Assembly (NCBI GenBank): GCA_951406725.2
Contig: OX597818.1
Coordinates: forward strand, 37,324,001 to 37,388,000
DNA: 64,000 nucleotides
From: Octopus vulgaris
Taxonomy: Eukaryota
Direction of reading: 5' to 3'
Shown here: positions 53,758 to 64,000 of the stretch, in pieces
Layout of the letters: every line of letters starts with the position of its first letter
Numbering within the stretch: the stretch's first letter is position 1
Translations under genes and position numbers: made by a program
Notes under the pieces: generated by a model
Databases searched by the model: none
Told to the model about the DNA's origin: nothing
What the model saw: the letters and a program-made list of their open reading frames with translations, nothing else

Positions 53758-55416
53758 AAATTATTCCCGTTAACTTTTTATATTCTGCGAGATAGTGATT
53801 ATGTGAAGGATTTTAATTTCAGAAGTTATCTCTCTTTCTCTCTCTCTCACTCTCACTCCCTCTCTCTCTTTCTTTTTCTCTCTTGTTTATTAACTAAATA
53901 CAGTAATTGTATAATTTCCTATTGATCTCTTTCTCTTTCTAATATATCTCTATATTTATTCAACTCTAAAATTGGCTGCACATCTTTTAACGATTGCTTA
54001 CGTTAGCTGATGAAGTTCCACTAGTCAATAGTAACTGGGACTTTTCCTATTTCTTTCCCACTTAATCTTTATTAAGATCTTCATTTTCCCCTGATAATCT
54101 ATCCCTAAACAATATTCTCAAACAGTAATTGCAAGAGAGTGCGTTTTAAGGAGAGAGTGCAAAGGAAAGAGAGATTAGTATAGAAAATAGGACAAAAAAA
54201 ATTAAATAGGTTTATTTGAATTAACTTTTGAGATAAGTTCAAAATAAATAAACGAGCAGTAATGTTATTTTATATAGATTGGATATTATGGATATTAATG
54301 TAACGATAATCAATGATGATGGTTATAATGATGAATGGAAACTTGTAACCCAGGACACAGTGAGGTGTAAGGCATAGGTACAGACTAAGAGGATGGAAAT
54401 GTGGTGACTGAACATTTTCCCTCCCTCAACCAACAGTGATCACACAAACTTAATGCCAAATAATTAACATATTGAAAAGAAAAATAATTATGATGATAAT
54501 GATGATAATAATAATAATAATGATAATAATGATAATATTAATAATAATAATGATGATGATGATGATTTAAAATGAAAAAAAAAATCATTAATTTAGGAAT
54601 AAATCTGTACATATCCCATGATTCATTGTAAATATCCATTTTGTGTCATTATTTTGGATAGATATGTGGTCTTGTGGGTCTATCCTGCTTGAAAAAAAAA
54701 ATATTCTCACTACATAATGCTTAAGTCTTCTGTTGTTTGCTGACCACATGCACAGCTGGTCAATTATCTGACCTGCCACTTTTTGGCCTCTGTTATCTAT
54801 GCCCCTTCCCCCCTCTCCTTCCTATCTCCCATTATCAACCCACCACCTCTTTGCTACAGAATGAATTCTTATTTCTTTCATCCTTTGATTATTATTTTTT
54901 TCGTTTTTTTTTTTGTTTTGATTTTTTTTTTTTGTTTTTTTTTTTTTTACTTTCTTTTAGCTCCCATTCTATATTCCCACCAACCAGTTCTTCCTTCTCT
55001 AATCACCACATTCGAAACTTATCCACCAACACCACACAACCATCCCCAACCCTCCCACACTAAGAGACTCTTTCCCCCCACCCCGCTCCTTTCTTACTTT
55101 CCTCTGGGCTGAAAGTGTCAACAAGTTGTAAGATAATATCTATTGCAAAGAGTACGATTTTAAAAAAAAAATACACAAAAAGAGGAAAAATAAAATTTGC
55201 AAAAAATATATTTGGGCACTGCATTGTCAATATTCATGAAACTCTTGTTTATTTTTTGTTTTGTTTTGGGAATTTCTCTTTTTTTTTGTTGGTTATTTTC
55301 TTGGGTTTTGCTTTGTTTAATTTTTTTTTTAATTTTTGTTTTTTTTTTCTTGTTATTTTTAGTTGTTTTTTTTTATATTGTAATCTAAAGGAAAATTCAT
55401 TGGAAAAAAGTCATTC

Positions 55417-55447
<31 letters not shown>

Positions 55448-56283
55448 TATATACAGAAACAAGCTTAATGCCTACTCAACTACTCTTTAACATTACTAGA
55501 ACTTGACTTGGAGAAGAGAGGAAGAAAGGTAATTTTGAAAAAAAAAAAAAAAAAATGTCTCTGTATACAGATGGTTCATCTCTCATGTTCCAGGTCTCTT
55601 TCCAAATAGATAAAGGGAGAAAGGAGAAAAATCAAATGAAATTGAAATAAAGATTTAAAAAAACAAAAAAGGAAAAAAAAAATTTTTTTTCTAAGTTGGG
55701 GGGAGAGGTACGAAATAGCAAAGAAAAACCCCGCTTCCCCCCAAACGAGAAAAAGAAACACGATGTCAATACATTCATTTTTGGCTGTCATCTTGCAGAT
55801 TTCTACTCTGGGTTTTATAAATTCAGATATGTCTGCACTGTTATGATTTTTTTTTTTTAAATAAGCAATTATAAATAAAATCTGGGGAAAAAAATCCCAA
55901 GAAAATGCACATTTTTTTTCTCTAATATTCCATTTTTTTTTTTTTTTTTTAATGTTTGTCATGTTAGTGGGGGAGTGTGAGAGAGAGAGAGAGAGAGAAA
56001 TATGATATTCTCTAATTCATTTTGATATAACTTCTGCATGATGTGATAATGAACGGTCAATATCAACAACCATATCTGAAATTATGTGAAACGTATGGTC
56101 ATTTTAATGGGGTTTCTTCATTTGTTTTTGTTTTTAATGAATGCTGATATATTACTGAAATATGAAAAGGGAAGTTCTTACCACCAGTTAGTTATTTCAG
56201 CGTCATTAAACAGACATACTGGTAGAATTTTTCTGTTGCAGTCAAATTTAGTTTACTTTCTCCTCAGTAGGTGTTTTGTATCA

Positions 56284-56319
<36 letters not shown>

Positions 56320-58014
56320 GGCATGTGCTCCAAATCAAAGTGCAGGGTAAGCTGTAAGCATTAATAAAGCAAACTGACAACAAAAGGCCATTTTACTATG
56401 ATATAAACACAAATATTTACATTCAGGTATTATAACATCTCAAGGAAAAAATAAAAGTTGAGTGAATTTTACCTATACATGTAGACATAAAACATGTATA
56501 CAAAATAGTAAATACACTTTTTTATTTCTCAGCTGTACTTACATATATATCTAATATTGCCATTTTTATACATAAAACTTATCTCTAAAAATTAGCTTAA
56601 TCAACAGTTAAACACACAAGCACAACCACCTTACTCTATAATTACAGTGAATAGAGGTAGACTTCAGTTTGTGTTGATGATAACTATATTTAATGTATTA
56701 TAGAGCTGAACTCACAGTATTTGGGTTTCGTAGGTTTATGCTTCACATAGGCATTGAAAGGTAGTGAAAAATTGCTTGTCTAAAATCAAAATAGTAGCTC
56801 TTTACTGAGTTATTCACTGCTTTCTTTACACTTTTTGAGAATTTTTATAATGTACTGGAAATCATTTACTTTTTATATTTAGTAATTGATATAGTTTTAG
56901 TTTGGTTAAGTACAGCCTATCTTGACTACACAGATGGCACTTCTCCAATATATATGAGTGTATGATCTGTTATACTGTAGTTTTTAAGACTGAATGATTC
57001 TTATCAATCCCTTTCAGTGTAGACTGAGAAAAGCAGGTGCAGTGGTAAGGTTTTAAATACAGTTGATGCTAGCAGGGTATAAGGTCTATGTACCTGTGGT
57101 AGATGAAAACCAAAGTCTTCAGTTTGAGAAAGTTTTTTCATAAACAAGCCAATTCAGAATCAAGAAGAATGCTAAAATATTGAGATATATATTCTTCTAA
57201 AATATATCATCCACAGAAATACATTATGTTCTTGATAACAATGATGATTTGCATGAAAAATGTCTTGTAACTCTTAGCAGTACATCTTGGAGATATCCTG
57301 CTCCATACTGACAATAGCCAGAAATTGCAGGCACAAGAATTCATGGAGCCAGTGGCTTAAATGAGAACTGAAGCCTCACAGAGAGTTTACTGTACATTTA
57401 CCAAAAATTGTGACTGTATGATTTATTTTGGAATCAAGTTTCAAATTTATGAATAAGGATAAAAGTGATATTCATGCTTAACTACCTAAGATTTTTGTGA
57501 GACATAAATTAAAACTAGATTATGGATTCAGTTTAAGAAATTGTTCTATTTTGCTGCTTAAATAGGATGTGTTTCTAATACAGTTACGTCTCAATCTCCA
57601 CAATTCTTTGTTCGATTTCACTAGTCACGGCAGTTTGTCACCAGCATGTAGTCTCCATTCATTTCTAGAACTGTGTAGTTATCCTGCACACATGCACAAA
57701 CACAAACTTCCTAACATACATTAAAAACAAAACCCTATCAATAGGTAAGCTTCTGTTTACTAACATACTATTATCTCGTTGATGCTGTATGTCATCCTTC
57801 TGTTTCATTTATTGATATTACAGCGGTGTTTGTCTGAATTTGTGAATTTTGTGTCATTCTAACCCAGATCCCATAGTAAATACCTTTTTTTTTTGCTCCA
57901 TCCTCTATCAACTTTCAAAACTTGTTCCTTCCTTTTAAATTCAAAGCAATCAATTAGTAGATCAAGTTAAATCCAACTGTGTCAACTCCTCTGATCTAGG
58001 AAAGCTTATTCTGT

Positions 58015-58350
58015 TGGCACAGTTGTATGATTAAGAAGCATGCCTTGTATCCCAGTAGATTTTAGTTCAGTCCCACTGCATGACACCTTGAGCAAGTGTT
58101 TTCTACTCTAACCCTGGACCAACCAGTGCCTTGGAAGTGATGCTGGGAGACATGAACCCTGTGTATGTTTATGTTTTTGTTTGTCTCGCTGGCTTGTTTA
58201 CCTTGTAACCTAGTAGTTTGGTAAAAGAGACTGACAGAATAAGTACCAAACTTTAAAAAAAGTTCCTGGGGTCAATTTGTTCAACTGAACCTTTCAAGGC
58301 AATGCCCCAGCATGACCACAGTTGGGTGACTGAAACAAAAGGATAAAAAT
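58015..58350 (+). mobile_element. SINE family A, degraded
   Basis: GTTCAGTCCCACTGCATGACACCTTGAGCAAGTG ... CCCAGCATGACCACAGTTGGGTGACTGAAAC. Confidence 0.75.
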
Positions 58351-59027
58351 TGAATGTTGGTACAGCTGTATCACCTGCCTACATCAATCAACTTCTTGAT
58401 GCTCAGTTGCTTTCTCAATTCATTTAATTTGATAAGGTACATCTAATATACCATACTGAACTCATTAACCTCTGTTGTTGATTTTCTACAATTACTATTA
58501 CACAACACTAGTGTCACATGTCTTATGCATGGCTTATAAAGTCTAAAATAATGTGGAGAACCTTGATGCCTATACAGGTAGCTAGAAATCCTTCAAAATA
58601 TGTTCTTCCATCTTTGAAACCTTGCCTAAATACTATTACTATATTAAGTCAATAAGAGAGTTATGGCCACTACTAAGGCTTGTAAAAATAATAGAACATG
58701 CAATACCAAGATAATAGAGTTCTTAAAATTTCAAAATATCACATAATCATTACTCAGTTTTTCATTTAGAAAGTTTTCTGATACACTGGCCTTTCTACGA
58801 ATATTAGAAAAATTTTAACAAACTTACTTTTTGTTATAGAAATGTGTGTGTCTGTATGAATGTTTATATTCCGTGTGCTATATATATAGCAGCGACTCCA
58901 TCTAAGAATATCTGGAGAAGGAATATTATTCCGAAATATCATATCAGACAATGGATGACTAAATTACAACAGGTATATAGCCCATTGTCTGTATTATAGT
59001 GCAGTGTTATCAATTCGAAACTTTTTA

Positions 59028-59436
59028 TTACTCTTTTACTTGTTTCAGTCATTTGACAGCGGTCATGCTGGAGCACCGCCTTTAGTCGAGCAAATCGACC
59101 CCAGGACTTATTCTTTGTAAGCCTAGTACTTAGTCTATCAGTCTCTTTTGCCGAACCACTAAGTTAAAGGGACGCAAACACACTAGCATCAGTTGTCAAG
59201 CAATGTTGGGGGGACAAACACACACACACACTCATACATACATACACACACACATATATATATACATATTTATGATGGGCTTCTTTCAGTTTCCATCTAC
59301 CAAATCCACTCACAAGGCTTTGGTCAGCCCGAAGCTATAGTAGAAGATACTTGCCCAAGGTGCCACGCAGTGGGACTGAACCCAGAACCATGTGGTTGGT
59401 AAGCAAGCTACTTACCACACAGCCACTCCTGTGCCT
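59028..59436 (-). mobile_element. SINE family A, full length
   Basis: Reverse complement of the 31334 copy. Confidence 0.9.
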
Positions 59437-59760
59437 ATCTTTACAAACAATACACAATGCTTCAAGCAAACTACAATACTCATATATTCCACATTTTGCA
59501 TGAAAGCATTGAACTAAAAATTGGTGCTGTTTCTTCATATTCCATATATATATAAAAAAAAGTTCTTCTCTGGCTCTGCATTTTTAAATATGGGTGGAAT
59601 AATAAAAATTCACTTCTCGAAAAACATGCAAGGGTTGGTGACAGAAGACAACTAGCTGTAAAGTAATGTCTCAGTAATATATATTCACCCAATTCTCACT
59701 AGAAATAGAAGAAAATAGCTATTAAATGGACACACGAAATATATTATTGTTATAATAATC

Positions 59761-60048
59761 AGAGGTCCACAGCTCTTCAATATCCTCCCAAAGGACCTGA
59801 GAGACCTGCATGGGGTGGATGTAGGTGTCTTCAAAATAAAGCTGGACCTCTTCCTGTCAGGTGTCCCAGACGAACCAACTTCGCGGCAGGAGGTGCAGAT
59901 GAGGGTTGCTGCATCAAACTCTCTCATGCACTGAATGTCAATTCCTAAAAAGCATTCATGAAGTAAAATTATGTAGCAACACCAAATGGCAGTGTCCCAG
60001 CATGGCCACAGCTCGTGAGCTGAAACTAAATAAAATAAAATAAATAAG
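59761..60048 (+). mobile_element. CR1-type LINE 3' end
   Basis: Encodes RGPQLFNILPKDLRDLHGVDVGVFKIKLDLFLSGVPDEP...AASNSL (CR1-like ORF2 C-terminus); ends CCCAGCATGGCCACAGCTCGTGAGCTGAAAC plus (TAAAA)n. Confidence 0.8.
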
Positions 60049-60481
60049 AATGTCAACATTTTATAGCTTTACTAGTATCTTAACAATGAACTTGCAAGGC
60101 AGCCTCTCTGCAATTGGTCAGTCTATTTAAGATAACAACCAAATCACAATCTACTTTCTCAAATATAGAAATGACATTGAATAATAGAGAGTTGCATATC
60201 CCTAAAAAGGCAGAATACTTATACCTCAAATAGCTTTGATTATATCTGCTCAATCAGGGTTGTTGGGGGCAAGGGTTTAATCAATACCAACAATATCTAC
60301 TTTTTTCTGTCTTTTATCAGTATTCTAAGAAATGGGATTTTTGTTAAACATTTGAAAAATTAGAGAGTTTACTTTGATTGCATATAATTCTTTATTTATC
60401 CAATACATAGGAAGGTTTTTCTTCGTTAGAAATCAAAAGTGAAAAAAAATATTGAATATGAAGACTATTTAAAATATACAT

Positions 60482-60840
60482 AGGCGTAGGAGTGGCTGTG
60501 TGGTAAGTAGCTTGCTTACGAACCACATGGTTCCAGGTTCAGTCCCATTGTGTGGCACATTGGGCAAGTGTCTTCTACTGTAGCCTCAGGCCAACCAAAG
60601 CCTTGTGAGTGGATTTGGTAGATGGAATATATGTGTGTGTGTTTGTGTGTCTATTTGTCCCTCCAACATTGCTTGACAACCAATACTGGTGTGTTTACGT
60701 CCCCGTAACTTAGCAGTTCAGCAAAAGAGACCGATAGACTAAGTACTAGGCTTACAAAGAATAAGTTCTGGGGTCGATTTGCTCCGCTAAAGGCTGTGCT
60801 CCAGTATGGCCACAGTCAAATGACTGAAACAAGTAAAAGT
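60482..60840 (+). mobile_element. SINE family A, near full length
   Basis: Same head, body and tail as the 31334 copy. Confidence 0.9.
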
Positions 60841-61483
60841 GTTCTCATGACAAATCCCATTAATAATTTTTTTTTGTATAATAAACTCCATTTATTATGA
60901 TTTAATTACAAAGAAACAGAAAAAAGAGAGTGGGGGTAAGTAGCAGAAGGTGGAGGGGAAAGGAGCAAGGGGTCAACACACCTCAAAACAAATGGCATTG
61001 CCACAGAGAATGGCCAGCAACACTTTGCTGTGGCAGTCACTCACCTTGCAGGGCTGTGGAGGAAATCTGTAGTATGGGGTCAGAGAACACCTGAGGTTTC
61101 AATGGCAAAAACTGAAAGCCAATCAGGCCCCTGTATGTATTTATTTTTCTCTTTTCTGCTTTAGGGGTAGTGATCACTGGGTTTGCAAATTATAACAGCC
61201 AATTTGATAAATAAGTACACTTAATACTTTCGAGGTTTTTGATTTTTTTTTTCAGGTATTTTTTCTTTCCATGGAGTATACTGTATGCTTAAATTCTTGA
61301 ATTTGTCAAATCATCACAATTTCTAATTGTTTCAGTTACAATTCTTCCCCCTCCCCCCAGTCTATATCTTTCCATGTTTTACATGAGTTAAATCTTCAGA
61401 TTTCAACATATTCACAAAATATTCAAAGTGTAGGGTTCCCCACTCCCTATCATTATTAAAGTATGGCAAAATTGTTACTATAT

Positions 61484-61860
61484 AGGTGCAGGAGTGGCTG
61501 TGTGGTAAGTAGCTTGCTTACAAACCACATGGTTCGAGGTTCAGGACAAATGTCTTCTACTATAGCCTCAGGCCAACCAAAGCCTTGTGAGTGGATTTGG
61601 TAGACGGAAACTGAAAGAAGCTTGTTGGTGTGTATATATATATATATCTGTGTGTGTGTGTGTTCGTGTGTCTGTTTGTCCCCGCCATCATTTGAAAACT
61701 GATGCTGGTGTGTTTACTTCCTCGTAACCTACCAATTCAGCAAAAGAGATTGATAGAATAAGTACTAGGCTTACAAGGAATAAGTCCTGGGGTCAATTTG
61801 TTCAACTGAAGGTGGTGCTCCAGCATGGCCGCAGTCAAATGACTGAAACAAATAAAAGAA
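61484..61860 (+). mobile_element. SINE family A
   Basis: Same head, body and tail, with a small internal deletion. Confidence 0.88.
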
Positions 61861-61865
61861 TAATA

Positions 61866-62225
61866 CCAGGTAAAATGCTTAGCTGCATTTCACATCCATC
61901 TTTACATTCCGAATTCAAATGCCACCATGGTTAACATTACCTTTCATCCTTTTAGGGTCAATAAGATAAGTACCAGTTGAGCACTGGGGTCAGTTTGCCC
62001 TTGTGCCAAAATTTGAAACCATTATTATTATTATTATTGAACCAGTGAGCTGGCAGAATCATTTGCACACCATGCAAACTGCTTAGCAGCATTTCATCCG
62101 TCTTTGCCTTTCATATTTTTAAGGTTGATAAATTAAGTACCAGTGAAATACTGGGGTTGATGTAATCGAATTTCAGACCTTGTGCCTTCAGACCTTCTAT
62201 TAAAAATAGAAAGGATGATTATTAT
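61866..62225 (+). mobile_element. Two tandem family B SINE fragments
   Basis: AAATGCTTAGC...CTTTCATCCTTTTAGGGTCAATAAGATAAGTACCAG and GAGCTGGCAGAATC...GATAAATTAAGTACCAG, each with (ATT)n tails. Confidence 0.75.
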
Positions 62226-62299
62226 TATTATTATCATTATAGACTACTATTAATTTTGGCTTTATTCTCCAGTTGGACAAACTGAAACATTAATAGGCT

Positions 62300-62536
62300 T
62301 TACTCTTTTACTTGTTTCAGTCATTTGACTGTGGCCATGCTGAAGCACCACCTTTAGTCGAGCAAATCGATCCCAGGACTTATTCTTTGTAAGCCTAGTA
62401 CTTATTCTATTGGTCCCTTTTTGCCAAACCACTAAGTTATGAGGATGTAAACACACCAGCATCGGTTGTCAAGCGATGTTGGGGGGACAAACAGACACAC
62501 ACACATATATATACATATATATGTATATATATATAC

Positions 62537-62569
<33 letters not shown>

Positions 62570-62738
62570 CATATATACGACTGGCTTCTTTCAGTTTCCA
62601 TCTACCAAATCTATTCACAAGACTGGTCGGCCCGAGGCTATAGTAGAAGACACTTGCCCAAGGTGCCACACAGTGGGACTGAACTGGAACCATGTGGCTG
62701 GTAAGCAAGCTACTTACCACACAGCCACTCCTGCGCCT
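62300..62738 (-). mobile_element. SINE family A, full length
   Basis: Reverse complement of the 31334 and 60482 copies. Confidence 0.9.
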
Positions 62739-64000
62739 TAAAATCTGTTAGGACCCATGACCAATATACCTTGAATCTGTTTTGGAATAGGTGCTAAGTA
62801 TTACACGAACTGTATTTGGTAATTCCCATAATGTATTTGGTCATAAGGTTACCATTGAAGACTTTTTGTATCTCTAGTGCGTGTCAGCAGTGTGGAATCC
62901 AGCTTCCTCTAAACAGTCTTCTTGCAATGATAAACTCAAGTACTGTAGGCTACTGAAGCACTGTAAAATACTATAGGGCTACTGCTGTTTTCAAAAAGAA
63001 TGTTCTTTCTACTTTACTGTAGCTGTTAAGTTCATAAACAATGTGGTATATGATACTGAAATGTCTCAACCACAGACAATACTTTGTTCATTCATTAAGC
63101 CCTTTCAATCTTTATGGAGCTTAGGTCATTTTCTCCACTATTCTTCTAAGTTTTGAATTGCTATCAATGCTTCTGTAATTTTGCTTTCTCTAGGTTGGAG
63201 TATTGGCCCTACACAAATTTATTTTTATCTCTGAAAAGAAGTGATCCATATTAGTCAGGCCTCTATCCTTTGACCTGTCTAAAATGGGAAGTACTACCAG
63301 AAGGTTGTGCTTCGCTGACATAGCTCTCAGGGTCATTGAAGTACACAGGCTACCACACTACAACAAGAACTGGACCTTGTGGTAGTCAGACACAATGTTG
63401 ATTAAAGAATACAAACAATAACACTTCTGTTTGTTAAATACCCTGAACCTCTTAGTATATGTTGATCTTGTATTATTTTTCTCTGAAGGAATATGTTTGT
63501 CAATCCTATAACTCACCTGTTCTTAAAACAGTACTGAATTTTTTTCTTTTTCTTAATTCCACACAAGATAACAAAACATTTGGTCTTTGAGAAAGAACCA
63601 CCATATATCAGGTTGTAATCATTGCCTTTTCACAGCTAGATGAGCTGATCTACAGAGAGTTGGCCACAGACACAATGCTATATCAGTGACTTGGTTTGAA
63701 TTGCCAATATTTCAGTTTATTAATGTGGCCAACCTAACTCTCTGAATAAATGGAGTGTTAGCTTTAATTTATGCCATAATAGTTTTAATTTCTGAAAGCT
63801 ATTACACTTCACTTAGCCTGCTAATGACCTAGGAATAGTGTGTTTCAAATTCCCTAAAATTGCTGGCACTAGACCAGCTGTTTTAGGGAATGGTTAAGTT
63901 TATTACATCAACCCAAGGGCTCAACTGGTATTTATTTTATTAATGATGAAAGGCAAAGTCAATTTGGGAGGATTTGAAAACAGAACAAAAAGAGATGGAA

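Noticed and set aside
51161-53925. Many 60-125 aa ORFs rich in Y, I, M, C and V
   Set aside because: Translations of TA/TATG microsatellites.
54005-54050. CTGATGA followed by a hairpin
   Set aside because: No GAAA after the stem, so not a hammerhead.
54737-55962. Phe/Lys-rich ORFs resembling membrane proteins
   Set aside because: They arise from poly-T and poly-A runs; no domain or splice support. The region could be 3' UTR but I cannot show it.

Overview
AT-rich, repeat-dense animal genomic DNA; the SINE families look like those of Octopus/coleoid cephalopods (inference). One host gene is supported: a + strand class I DYRK kinase (DYRK1A/minibrain orthologue). Six kinase-region exons splice in frame with GT-AG ends (7867-8061, 10822-10969, 27227-27513, 30344-30490, 32228-32368, 32900-33182), and a probable seventh exon starts at 48573. 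The start codon lies upstream of the window. The rest is intronic or flanking DNA containing tRNA-headed SINEs, RTE and CR1 LINE relics, mariner, Tigger, hAT, piggyBac and Merlin-like DNA elements, and microsatellites. Most notable: two unrelated fold-back elements set in (TA)n tracts, each carrying a minimal, non-canonical type I hammerhead-ribozyme-like motif (one with a compensatory G3-C8 core swap), consistent with Penelope-like termini; a tailless U4 snRNA retrocopy with a 14-bp target-site duplication; an RTE insertion with twin-priming geometry; a 66-bp-period array of pseudoknot-like modules; a phased CCAAT array followed by TATA and Inr motifs; and possible alternative or eroded 3' exons of the kinase. 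Everything was read by eye and repeat boundaries are approximate unless a TIR or TSD is quoted. No prokaryotic system or CRISPR array is present.
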